Under the pieces are notes generated by a model. The model did not search any database, was not told the origin of the DNA, and saw only the letters and a program-made list of their open reading frames with translations. Both the position numbers and the translations under genes were made by a program. Positions 1 through 8,486 of a stretch of DNA of 32,000 bases are shown piece by piece. Origin of the DNA: Promethearchaeum syntrophicum (GTDB lineage: Archaea; Asgardarchaeota; Lokiarchaeia; Sigyniarchaeales; Promethearchaeaceae); assembly GCF_008000775.2 (NCBI RefSeq), contig NZ_CP042905.2:1170001-1202000 (forward strand), written 5' to 3'. Every line of letters starts with the position of its first letter. The first letter of the stretch is position 1.

Positions 1-1520
1 TCTTGTTCTTTCTCCAGAACATTATTGAATTGGTGAAAAATTGAGATTATTAGACCCTTTAATGAAAATTTTGCACGATTTAAAATAACTGTATAATCAT
101 CATCCCACTTATCTTTAATTGAAGTAATATTGACTCCTTTTTTCCTAAATCGATTGAAAGTATTATCTATATCATTTTTCATACTTGATATTTTCTCTTG
201 AAAATCATCTATTATCCCCTTTAATTCATCTATCTTAGGTATACTCTCTGGAATATAAGGAGCAGTAATTTTTTGATAATCTTTTAGAAGTATTTCCATA
301 TTAGTTATATTCTCCCGAGATAATCTCTCTAATTTTATCTTATCGCTATCGACTTGGATCGAGTTGGAATATTGTTCAAATTCTTCCAATTGCCTACTAA
401 TTTCGCCTCTAAGTTGTTTTAGCATCTGGTACGATTTTTTAAGAACATCTGGCCAAGGATTCATTAAATTAGAAATATTTTTTAATCTTAGTTCTATTTG
501 ATCGATAATTTCAAACAGTATTTTTCCATGTTCTTGGAGAATTTGATTAGCAGTATGAAAATCTCCATGATATTCGCTAGTAATTTCTTCTTGTTTTCGA
601 TTTAGCAAATCTAACATAGTACGTGGAATTTCTTTAAGTGGATTGACATCATCATCTCCAGAATACCCGATTTCATATTCTTTTGCTGCTTGTGACATCA
701 ATTGGTTTATAATATCATGGGAAAATAACTCAAGTTGTCTTTTTATTTGATTTTTCTTAACTTTTTCCATTTTTGAGTACAAATTTTCTGTTTTTAAAAC
801 CTTAAGTTCAAAAAGTAGGAAAAAAAGTTCTAATCTAAATGGTTTATCTTTAATACTTGGTTGGTTTATTAAATCTGACATGGTAAAGATCTCAGAAAGA
901 ACAAATTTTGATGATTTTAAGTTTCTAATTAAATAATCTACTTCTTTAAAATTCTTTAACCAAGGATATTTCTCAAAATTCAGGAAAAATTTAGATTCCT
1001 TAAGAAAAGCAAAAGAATACCAAATTTGAGGCTTATTCTCATAGGGGAGCTTGGGAGCTATGGAAAATTGCTTCGAATTTTTATCGTAATCACTGAGTTG
1101 AATCCATTTACTTAATAAAATTGTAAGATTTTTCTGACATCGATCATTCAATTGTTGAAGTTCTTTTATTGTTCTAGAAAAGATTGTATTTTCTTTATAA
1201 ATTAATCTTATCGAGCGTAATTTAGGAAGTAGCAAAGAAATCGAATTTTCTATAGTTGAAATCTCTGAGAATATAAGTTCAGGGATCGAGGTATAATCAT
1301 TAGAATTTAGATTTGTTAATAATAAATTAATACTCTGTAAATATTTAAAAATACGATTAGTAAAATTAGGTTTTATTTCACGTTCGATTTTTTTTAATTG
1401 TGATAGTGATGCTATCCTTTTATTTCCTTTATCATCAATTATTCTGGCTAAAATTTCATTTAATGTACTGAAAATTTTCCAATTATTGTTAATAATGTAA
1501 AATAACTGGTTATTGTTCAT
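1..1520 (-). CDS. Hypothetical helical/coiled-coil-rich protein, N-terminal ~506 codons; C-terminus lies outside the window
   Basis: This ORF is absent from the supplied track because it runs off the window edge. A reverse-strand ATG at 1520-1518 opens a frame that I translated by hand with no stop down to position 3 (MNNNQLFYIINNNWKIFSTLNEILARIIDDKG ... IISIFHQFNNVLEKEQ). The composition matches neighbouring genes and looks largely helical. I recognise no motif. Confidence 0.6.
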   Translation of the reverse strand, partial: MNNNQLFYIINNNWKIFSTLNEILARIIDDKGNKRIASLSQLKKIEREIKPNFTNRIFKYLQSINLLLTNLNSNDYTSIPELIFSEISTIENSISLLLPKLRSIRLIYKENTIFSRTIKELQQLNDRCQKNLTILLSKWIQLSDYDKNSKQFSIAPKLPYENKPQIWYSFAFLKESKFFLNFEKYPWLKNFKEVDYLIRNLKSSKFVLSEIFTMSDLINQPSIKDKPFRLELFFLLFELKVLKTENLYSKMEKVKKNQIKRQLELFSHDIINQLMSQAAKEYEIGYSGDDDVNPLKEIPRTMLDLLNRKQEEITSEYHGDFHTANQILQEHGKILFEIIDQIELRLKNISNLMNPWPDVLKKSYQMLKQLRGEISRQLEEFEQYSNSIQVDSDKIKLERLSRENITNMEILLKDYQKITAPYIPESIPKIDELKGIIDDFQEKISSMKNDIDNTFNRFRKKGVNITSIKDKWDDDYTVILNRAKFSLKGLIISIFHQFNNVLEKEQ

Positions 1521-1590
1521 TTATTTCTCAAATTTTTAAAATATTACATCATCAAAAACTTTTTGGATAATCAAAATGTTAATCTTTTGA

Positions 1591-2646
1591 ATGAATCAGA
1601 AAATTTGCAAAGAAAAAAGAGAAACAAAACTGTCTTCTCAATATATCGCGCAATATAAAAATTCTTCTCGAGGATTAATTTTTGCTTTAATTGTTTTAAT
1701 AGGGAATGGTTTACATCCGATTATTAATAATTTACGGCCAGAAGAATTTATTTCTACAATATTTGTACTGCAAATGTCATTATGGGAATTTTTCTGTGCT
1801 TTTATCGTTCTTTTACTCCAAAAAAGAAACAAGAAAGAAAAATCAAAAAGTCCAATTTCTAAAAATTCAAGTCAAATATGCTTTTCAAAAAAAAATATAA
1901 TATTTAGAATGCTGATTGTTGGTTTACTTTTTTCGATCGCTACTTATGGGTACGTTGAAGGATTAAAAGAAGCTGGTTCAATTTCTGGATCTATAGCATT
2001 AAAAATATCACCAATATATGCAATTATTATTGGGTTCCTGTTTCTAGGTGAAAGATTGAATGGTAAACCGATTCTTATTACAATCTTTATGCTTCTTGGA
2101 ATTTATTATTTAGGTACCAATGGGACTTTCCTAATTGATCAATTCTCAATCGGTTTTGCAATATTGTTGGTAGTTCCTTTCTTGTGGACAATTGCACATG
2201 CATTAACAAAACCTCTACTAGAAAACAAGATTTTAGTTCCAAATCAAGTTATTTTCATACGTACCGGTATCATTTCTTTTTCTTTCCTAATTATCAATCT
2301 ATTTATATATGATTGGAGTGAATTACTACTTTCATTTATTAATCCAAGTTTCCTCCTTTTCTCATTTCTAATGGGATTTACTTATTTTTTTATGCATTAT
2401 TCATGGTATTCTTCTATTATTATTATTGATTTATCTTTTGCAAGCGCGTTAGTGACCCCAAGTCCTGCTATTACTACTTTAATTGCCTTATTATTAGAAA
2501 TGGAGGATTTCCATTATTATCAACTAATCGGAATGATTTGGGCTTTTATTGGTTTGTATGGCTTAATAATTGTCAATAAGAATCCTAAAAAGAAAGAAAA
2601 AGAAAAGAAAGAAAAAAATGAAATAAAAGTAAATAACTTAATCTAG
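1591..2646 (+). CDS. EamA/DMT-superfamily membrane transporter (about 10 TM) with a Lys/Glu-rich C-terminal tail
   Basis: 351 aa polytopic protein with two halves of about five hydrophobic segments each, the typical drug/metabolite transporter layout (…GLHPIINNL…, …GSISGSIALKISPIYAIIIGFLFLGERL…). The substrate cannot be told from the sequence. Confidence 0.7.
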   Translation: MNQKICKEKRETKLSSQYIAQYKNSSRGLIFALIVLIGNGLHPIINNLRPEEFISTIFVLQMSLWEFFCAFIVLLLQKRNKKEKSKSPISKNSSQICFSKKNIIFRMLIVGLLFSIATYGYVEGLKEAGSISGSIALKISPIYAIIIGFLFLGERLNGKPILITIFMLLGIYYLGTNGTFLIDQFSIGFAILLVVPFLWTIAHALTKPLLENKILVPNQVIFIRTGIISFSFLIINLFIYDWSELLLSFINPSFLLFSFLMGFTYFFMHYSWYSSIIIIDLSFASALVTPSPAITTLIALLLEMEDFHYYQLIGMIWAFIGLYGLIIVNKNPKKKEKEKKEKNEIKVNNLI

Positions 2647-3009
2647 TTCAATTTCAAAATCTGCTTTATAAGGATCTATCTCATAAATTTGGAGAACCTT
2701 TACAATGAAATCAGTCAATTCTGGAATTTTCTGTTCAGAAAAATCAAATTCTTTCGAAAAATTACTTGATCTTGGTTCTTCTTCAAATCCCATTTCTTCT
2801 AATTTATCAATTTTTTCGTCAGATAATTTCTCCCTTTCTTCAAGAAGATGAGCATTTGACACTGCATCTAAATAAACTTTTGGGGCTTTTCTCCCCCCAA
2901 ATACTTGAATATAGTATGGATCTTTGTAAATTCCAAAGAAATTATTATCTCCGCCATCGTTATATATGGAGCTAAGATATTTCGAAATTTTTTTCATTGA
3001 TTTAATCAT
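2638..3009 (-). CDS. Hypothetical small acidic cytosolic protein
   Basis: The track ORF 2638..3042 begins with TTG. The first ATG is at 3009 (MIKSMKKISKYLSS…). No recognisable motif. Its end is convergent with the EamA gene and overlaps it by 9 nt. Confidence 0.45.
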   Translation of the reverse strand: MIKSMKKISKYLSSIYNDGGDNNFFGIYKDPYYIQVFGGRKAPKVYLDAVSNAHLLEEREKLSDEKIDKLEEMGFEEEPRSSNFSKEFDFSEQKIPELTDFIVKVLQIYEIDPYKADFEIELD

Positions 3010-3133
3010 AAATTCTAGGTTTAATATTATTTCTAATTTCAATGAAGTATCAAGGAAATGAGTTTTATTCTTTATTTCCTAGATTTTACTAAGGTTAATT
3101 TTTTATATTGGATATTCATTTAAAAATTCACTA

Positions 3134-3670
3134 ATGCCCTTTTCTCCTTTTCACTTCGGACATGCATTACCTTTTTGTTTTTTAGATTATAAAAATAAGC
3201 GAATCGATATTATTTCATGTTTAATTGGGAGTATAATTGTAGATATTCATGCTATCATTATTTTTTTCTTCAACCTCAACCAACCCTTACATGGTCCTGT
3301 GCATTCCTTTCTCATCGCAACGATTCTTGGAGTAATAACTGGGATTTTTGTTCATATAACTCAGAATTTCTGGAATAAAATTACTCGAATTTTTAAATGG
3401 GAGCAAAAAACGAGCCTAATCAGTAAAATTTTTTGGGCAATTTTGATGAGTTATCTCCATATATTTTTAGATGCTTTTTTATACCCGGAAATGAATTTTT
3501 GGTGGCCTTTTCTAAATGGAAATCCATTTTATGGCATTCTAAGCTCTCCAACTGTTTATTCAATTTGTACTATTGGAATTTTTCTAGGGATTTTTGAGTA
3601 TTTAATTTATTTAATTTATTATTTCAAAAAAATAGAAAATCAAAGAAATTCTTATATAAATCCTTTATGA
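3134..3670 (+). CDS. Small integral membrane protein, YdjM/DUF4184-like putative membrane-bound metal-dependent hydrolase
   Basis: 178 aa. It has the N-terminal MPFSPFHFGH motif, further conserved-looking His/Asp residues (VDIH, HGPVHSF, YLHIFLDAF) and 4-5 TM segments. The family assignment is from memory of the MPF(T/S)xxH signature. Confidence 0.5.
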   Translation: MPFSPFHFGHALPFCFLDYKNKRIDIISCLIGSIIVDIHAIIIFFFNLNQPLHGPVHSFLIATILGVITGIFVHITQNFWNKITRIFKWEQKTSLISKIFWAILMSYLHIFLDAFLYPEMNFWWPFLNGNPFYGILSSPTVYSICTIGIFLGIFEYLIYLIYYFKKIENQRNSYINPL

Positions 3671-3770
3671 ATAACTATTCATATTATATTCTTGATCTAG
3701 AAGATTTGATAAGAAAAATGAAGGCAATGGTAATTTAACTTAAAAGCAACATTTTTTAACCTTTGAAATA

Positions 3771-3805
3771 TTAATTATAATAGACATCATTTTAGACATG
3801 TCTAA
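3771..3805 (+). promoter_or_regulatory. Putative feoAB promoter: TATA-like box (3771-3780, TTAATTATAA) followed by an operator-like perfect palindrome TTAGACATGTCTAA (3792-3805) and an extra TAGACAT half-site (3781-3787)
   Basis: The 14-bp perfect palindrome was read directly from the sequence. It lies 12 nt upstream of the feoA TTG start, between the TATA-like element and the start codon. An archaeal repressor bound there would block initiation. Confidence 0.4.
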
Positions 3806-3816
3806 CAACAAGTGAT

Positions 3817-4092
3817 TTGAAATTGGTAGAAAGCAAAAATAATCTAAGAAATTTGTCTGAGATTCCAATAAATAATATTCCACTTGATACGATCGTTACC
3901 GTATCTCATATAAGAGCGGGATTAAAAGCTACTCAGCGTTTATCGGGTATGGGTATCACACCTGGAGTCCAAATTAAGGTTATTAGTCAAGCTCCGTTTC
4001 GAGGTCCAATTCAAATTATCGTACGTGGAACTAGATTAGCTATTGGAGCAGGATTGGCAATGAAAATCTTTGTATACAATAATTTCCACTAA
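3817..4092 (+). CDS. feoA: FeoA-family ferrous iron transport accessory protein
   Basis: 91 aa containing an SH3-like FeoA domain pattern (…VSHIRAGLKATQRLSGMGITPGVQIKVISQAPFRGPIQIIVRGTRLAIGAGLAMKIFV). It sits directly upstream of feoB. The start is TTG, preceded by AGTGAT (an SD-like motif), with no in-frame ATG nearby. Confidence 0.8.
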   Translation: MKLVESKNNLRNLSEIPINNIPLDTIVTVSHIRAGLKATQRLSGMGITPGVQIKVISQAPFRGPIQIIVRGTRLAIGAGLAMKIFVYNNFH

Positions 4093-4121
4093 TATAATTG
4101 CTTCTGAATTGGTGTTTTTAA

Positions 4122-6350
4122 ATGAGTAAATCTCGTTCCGAAGATAAAGTAATCCACATTGCTTTAGCAGGAAATCCGAATGTTGGCAAATCGGTAATTT
4201 TTAATCAACTTACAGGTATGAGTCAAATTGTTGGAAATTGGCCAGGAAAAACTGTAAAAAAAGCGGAGGGCAAATGTAAATTTAAAAACTACATTTTTAA
4301 AATCGTTGACCTTCCTGGAATATATTCCTTATCCACCTATTCAATTGAAGAGATAATTAGTCGAGAATATATTGTTGAAGAAAAACCGGATTATATAATT
4401 AATGTAATCGATTGCAACCAATTGGAACGTAACTTATTTTTTACAACTCAATTACAAATGCTAAATAGACCAATGATCCTTGCATTAAATCAATATGATC
4501 TCCTTCTCCAGCGTGGATTTGATATTGATGAATCGAAAATTGAAGAAATGCTTGGGATTAAAGCTCAAAAGGTTGTAGCTGTTCATAATCGTGGAGTTCA
4601 TGAACTATTAGAAAAAATTATCGAGATTGAAGAAGACAAACATCCTTATAATTCAAATTCAATAATATTTGGAAAAGAAATTGAAAATGAATTGCAAAGA
4701 TTAAGCACGGAATTAAAATTCAATGAAATTATTAAAGATGAAAGATACTCCTTGCAATTTTCCGCATTTAAAATTTTAGAAAATGATGATCATATAAAAA
4801 AACATTTGATTGATAACAATAATGATCAACTTGATCATTTCCTTTATATCGTTGAAGAAAAAAGAAAAAATCTAGAAATTTTTCATGGTGAAACAATATC
4901 AACAATACTCAATTCTGAAATTTATAATATTGCTCATAAGATCTACGAAGAATCTATTGTACTTAAGAAAGTTGATCGTAGTTTTAAAGTTCGTAATTTT
5001 TTTGATCATCTTACCATTCATTCCATATTTGGTTATTTAATATTGGCTGTAGTTTTATTAGGAACTTATTTATTGATCTTTCAATTTGGAAATTTTGTTT
5101 CAGGTTTAATGGATAATGTTTTTTTGAAATTTACTCCCAATGCAGAACAAATATTGGGAGGAGCAGAAAACTGGATTTTTAAATTAATATGGAATGGATT
5201 TGTTGGGGGATTATTAGCAGGAATTGGGGGTGTATTGCCATTTGTGATTCCGTTTTATTTTTTTATTGAAATATTGCAAGATATCGGATATTTACCCAGA
5301 GCTGCATATTTAATGGATAGATTTATGCATCGTATTGGAGTACATGGTAAAACTATAATTCCTGTTCTTCTAGGTTTTGGGTGTAGTGTTCCAGCTGTAT
5401 CTGCTTGTGCTATTATGGAAACTGAGAATCAAAGGAAAAGTTCTATCGTTATAAGCACAATGATTCCATGTTCCGCTATAACAACTATTGTATTAGGATT
5501 GGTTGCAAAATATCTTGGATTAGGGATCACAGCAATTCTTTATTTAATACTACTTGCTGTAATTATTTCTATTGGAAAAATTTTAACCCTGTTTAGCGAT
5601 GTAGACGAATCTGAATTAATTATTGAATTACATGATTTTAGAGTTCCAAATTTCAAAGTGATAATGAAGCAAACGTGGTTTAGAAGTAAAGAATTTGTTT
5701 TTATTGCTCTTCCGTTAATGGTTATTTTGGGTGTATTAATGCAGATATTTGTTGAATTCAATCTTCTTGAGTGGATGAATGTATTACTTTCTCCCGTTAC
5801 TGTTCGTTTTCTTGGATTACCAATTGGAATTGGAGTCTATTTGATATATGGTATTCTTCGAAAAGAATTAAATTTAATATTATTGCAACTATTTGTTGCA
5901 TCTTTGGGTCTTTCTATGGTAGATTATTTAAGCCCAATCCAAATGATAATTTTTACTCTAATGACGCTACTTTATATACCTTGCTTAGCTACGTTCATTA
6001 CAATTCGAAAAGAGGCGGGAAGAAAATTTGCTTCCCATGTTTTACTTTTTAGAATTTCTATTGCAGTAATAATTTCAGGATCGGTCTATTGGATTTTTCA
6101 ATTGGTGAGTTCTCTTAATCCAAGTTGGATGTTTGGTTATCAGATCGCCACTACCGTTCTTATTTTCTTTATATTTTTATATTTCGTTGTCTTTTTAATT
6201 GGAAAATTAATTAAACACCGTCGAAAAGGAAAAAAGAGAAGGTATCATCGTTTTAAAGAGTTCTCTGAAATAAACCGTTGCGAAAACTGTTCAAAATTTA
6301 ATAAATGTGCAATTGAAAAAAATAATAAATGTGAAGATTATGAAGGGTAA
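4122..6350 (+). CDS. feoB: Ferrous iron transporter FeoB (N-terminal G-domain plus polytopic permease) with a Cys-rich C-terminal tail
   Basis: G1 motif GNPNVGKS, G3 motif DLPG, G4-like NQYD. A long membrane domain follows, with the gate-type motifs (…GYLPRAAYLMDRFMHRIGVHGKTIIPVLLGFGCSVPA…). A GGTG SD-like motif lies 9 nt upstream of the ATG. Confidence 0.95.
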   Translation: MSKSRSEDKVIHIALAGNPNVGKSVIFNQLTGMSQIVGNWPGKTVKKAEGKCKFKNYIFKIVDLPGIYSLSTYSIEEIISREYIVEEKPDYIINVIDCNQLERNLFFTTQLQMLNRPMILALNQYDLLLQRGFDIDESKIEEMLGIKAQKVVAVHNRGVHELLEKIIEIEEDKHPYNSNSIIFGKEIENELQRLSTELKFNEIIKDERYSLQFSAFKILENDDHIKKHLIDNNNDQLDHFLYIVEEKRKNLEIFHGETISTILNSEIYNIAHKIYEESIVLKKVDRSFKVRNFFDHLTIHSIFGYLILAVVLLGTYLLIFQFGNFVSGLMDNVFLKFTPNAEQILGGAENWIFKLIWNGFVGGLLAGIGGVLPFVIPFYFFIEILQDIGYLPRAAYLMDRFMHRIGVHGKTIIPVLLGFGCSVPAVSACAIMETENQRKSSIVISTMIPCSAITTIVLGLVAKYLGLGITAILYLILLAVIISIGKILTLFSDVDESELIIELHDFRVPNFKVIMKQTWFRSKEFVFIALPLMVILGVLMQIFVEFNLLEWMNVLLSPVTVRFLGLPIGIGVYLIYGILRKELNLILLQLFVASLGLSMVDYLSPIQMIIFTLMTLLYIPCLATFITIRKEAGRKFASHVLLFRISIAVIISGSVYWIFQLVSSLNPSWMFGYQIATTVLIFFIFLYFVVFLIGKLIKHRRKGKKRRYHRFKEFSEINRCENCSKFNKCAIEKNNKCEDYEG

Positions 6351-6359
6351 ATTGAATTT

Positions 6360-6602
6360 TTAAGAATTATCTTTCTTCTCAATTTTTTTCATTTTTTTCA
6401 TAATTTTCTGTTCCCGTTTCAATAGATCTTTTTTTTCTGCATGTAAATGTTTTATTTGTTGGTCCAAATCTCCCGTATCTTTATGACCGTATTTACTTTC
6501 TGTTCGTTTTCTTTTTTCCAAAGCATGCAATTTATTATCGATTTGCTTGACTTTTTTCTTGTCTTTCTCATATTCTAATTTTAATCTATCTAATGATTGC
6601 AT
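6360..6602 (-). CDS. Hypothetical small Lys-rich coiled-coil protein
   Basis: 80 aa, highly charged with a heptad-like pattern. No homology recognised. It could be a chance ORF in AT-rich DNA. Confidence 0.35.
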   Translation of the reverse strand: MQSLDRLKLEYEKDKKKVKQIDNKLHALEKRKRTESKYGHKDTGDLDQQIKHLHAEKKDLLKREQKIMKKMKKIEKKDNS

Positions 6603-6759
6603 CGAATTTATTCATCTTCTAGAACTTTTGTAATAGTAATTCTTCCTAATATTTAAAAATTTGAAATTTGAAAACATATAAATGATCGTTCCACATAAGT
6701 AACGCTTGTTCCATTTTTATTTTTTGTTTTAGGAATTTAAAATTATTGGGTGAAAAATA

Positions 6760-6969
6760 ATGGCAGAATCAGTATATAAAATGATAGAATTAGTTGGAAC
6801 ATCGGAAAAAAGCTGGGAAGATGCAGTTAATAATATAGTACTTAAAGCTGCTGAAAATCTTCGAGATATCCGCATTGCCGAAGTATTAACTTTAGATGTT
6901 AAAATTGATAATAATAAAATTGCCCTCTATAGGGCTAAAGTGAAACTATCTTTCAAATTTGAGAAGTAA
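6760..6969 (+). CDS. Dodecin-family flavin-binding protein
   Basis: 69 aa. The full length matches the dodecin pattern (VYKMIELVGTSEKSWEDAVNNIV…A…LRDIRIAEV…YRAKVKLSFKFE). A GGGTGA SD-like motif lies 7 nt upstream. Confidence 0.85.
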   Translation: MAESVYKMIELVGTSEKSWEDAVNNIVLKAAENLRDIRIAEVLTLDVKIDNNKIALYRAKVKLSFKFEK

Positions 6970-7018
6970 TAAAAGAATCGGGAAGTATTTTTCGATTATT
7001 TTTTTCTTTATTTAAATT

Positions 7019-7828
7019 TTATATTTGCTCGAGGTGTTTTTTAAAAAATTCTGCAATATCAGATCCAATTTGCTTTCCAGAGACATCTAGAGGCATACAA
7101 TGGCTTGATTTATCATACCAGTTGATTGTAATAGAACCTTTAGCTTTCTTTTGAATTAACTCTGGAGCGGACGGATCAATTAATATATCATTATGAGAAT
7201 GGCATACAAGAGTTGGACATTTAATTTTGAATAGATTTTTTCGAGTATAGTTAGCTAATTTTACCAATTGCTTGGTGTCTTTCATATTTCTAAAAGCATA
7301 TACTTCGTTGAATATTTCTTCGTTTTCTAAATCTACTCGTATATTAATATTTAACCATCCAAAGAGAAAAGTAATAATCCCCGCAATTTTTGGTAATATA
7401 ATTGCTGGTGATGTAACGGCACACGCTTCCACCAAATTTTCAGAAGCCATTACCAGACTAATTGCTCCACCCATGGATTGACCATAAATAAAAACGTGAT
7501 CATAGATTTCACGAGCTTTTCTAATTTCCTTTCTAATTGCATTTAACCAATCTTCCATTTTTACCTTTCCCATGGCTTTTTGGGCTTGATTTATATCTTT
7601 TATTCCATGAGCAGGTAGGACCATCCCAACAACATCTAATCCTTCATTAAATATTTGTTCTGCAATTGGTCTGGATTCATAGGTAGTAGCCCCATGACCA
7701 TGAACACAAATTACTATAGTTTTTTTAAGTTCATTTGATTTATGCTTTAACCAGAAAGGTACTGCATTTGGAAATAGGATCTCATTTGGAATTGTCTCTT
7801 TTGGGGAAAATCCTGAATAATATCTCAT
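7019..7828 (-). CDS. Alpha/beta-fold serine hydrolase (carboxylesterase / monoacylglycerol-lipase-like)
   Basis: 269 aa. It has the HG oxyanion motif (VICVHGHG), the nucleophile elbow GQSMGG, an Asp in HSHNDILID and a His in SSHCMPLD. No signal peptide is apparent. Confidence 0.85.
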   Translation of the reverse strand: MRYYSGFSPKETIPNEILFPNAVPFWLKHKSNELKKTIVICVHGHGATTYESRPIAEQIFNEGLDVVGMVLPAHGIKDINQAQKAMGKVKMEDWLNAIRKEIRKAREIYDHVFIYGQSMGGAISLVMASENLVEACAVTSPAIILPKIAGIITFLFGWLNINIRVDLENEEIFNEVYAFRNMKDTKQLVKLANYTRKNLFKIKCPTLVCHSHNDILIDPSAPELIQKKAKGSITINWYDKSSHCMPLDVSGKQIGSDIAEFFKKHLEQI

Positions 7829-7907
7829 TTTTTATGTAAATTCTCGAAATATTATATACTTAATCAATCATAGAAAAATTTTTATTATAGAATTAAGTCA
7901 AATAATT

Positions 7908-8441
7908 ATGACTCGGTATTTTGAATATGCTTGCCAACGATGTGGCAATGGAACTGCTCATCAATTATTCGTTTTACAATGTCAAAATTGTGGTAAATCT
8001 CTTTGTAAAAAATGTGCTAAAGGGTCTTTATGTTTAGATTGTTACAATGCTCTACCTGATGATTTGCAAAAGAATTATAATCGACAGCTAAAAACTCCAA
8101 TAATAATTATAAGTGTTATATTATTGGCAATTTTCATACCATTGGGCATTATTATTCCAGAATTATTAATATTCTGTGCAATTCTCGGTGGTGCGGCATG
8201 GTTAATGGATCATGGAAGATTGAAAACCACTCCCAGAAGTGCAGTAAGAAAAGCAAAGGTAATTGTAGCTGATGCCCGTCAACGATTTCAAAACATAGGT
8301 CCCACTCATCAGAATTACCAACAACAACAACAGCAGCAACAACAATACCAAAATCAGCAGCAACCGCAAAAAAATAATCAACAAAAAACTTATCAAAAAG
8401 ATCCTGATGACAAATACGGAGGAACTTTCTGGGATCAATGA
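7908..8441 (+). CDS. Cys-rich zinc-finger protein with a 2-TM hairpin and a Gln-rich C-terminal tail
   Basis: The N-terminus carries eight Cys in CxxC-type pairs (CQRCGN…CQNCGKSLCKKCAKGSLCLDC). Two hydrophobic segments follow. The tail reads QNYQQQQQQQQQYQNQQQPQKNNQQ. Confidence 0.6.
   Translation: MTRYFEYACQRCGNGTAHQLFVLQCQNCGKSLCKKCAKGSLCLDCYNALPDDLQKNYNRQLKTPIIIISVILLAIFIPLGIIIPELLIFCAILGGAAWLMDHGRLKTTPRSAVRKAKVIVADARQRFQNIGPTHQNYQQQQQQQQQYQNQQQPQKNNQQKTYQKDPDDKYGGTFWDQ
8319..8345 (+). repeat. Uninterrupted run of nine CAA/CAG codons (poly-Gln tract) inside a larger Gln/Asn-rich segment (about 8310-8399)
   Basis: Read directly: caa caa caa caa cag cag caa caa caa, in frame with the 7908 CDS. 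Confidence 0.9.
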
Positions 8442-8486
8442 TATTTCTCTTTTTTCCTTTTCGTTATTATATATTAAATTTATCAT

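Noticed and set aside
1638-1900. 64-aa ORFs (1638-1832 minus strand, 1706-1900 plus strand) nested in the EamA transporter gene
   Set aside because: They lie fully inside a much longer, convincingly coding frame. Their composition is typical of off-frame or antisense translation of AT-rich DNA.
5540-6052. ORFs 5540-5761 (minus) and 5771-6052 (plus) inside feoB
   Set aside because: They are nested in the well-supported FeoB frame and have no independent signals.
8202-8486. 94-aa minus-strand ORF with a poly-Leu run
   Set aside because: It is the antisense reading of the CAA/CAG poly-Gln tract (TTG/CTG gives Leu). This is an artefact of the repeat.
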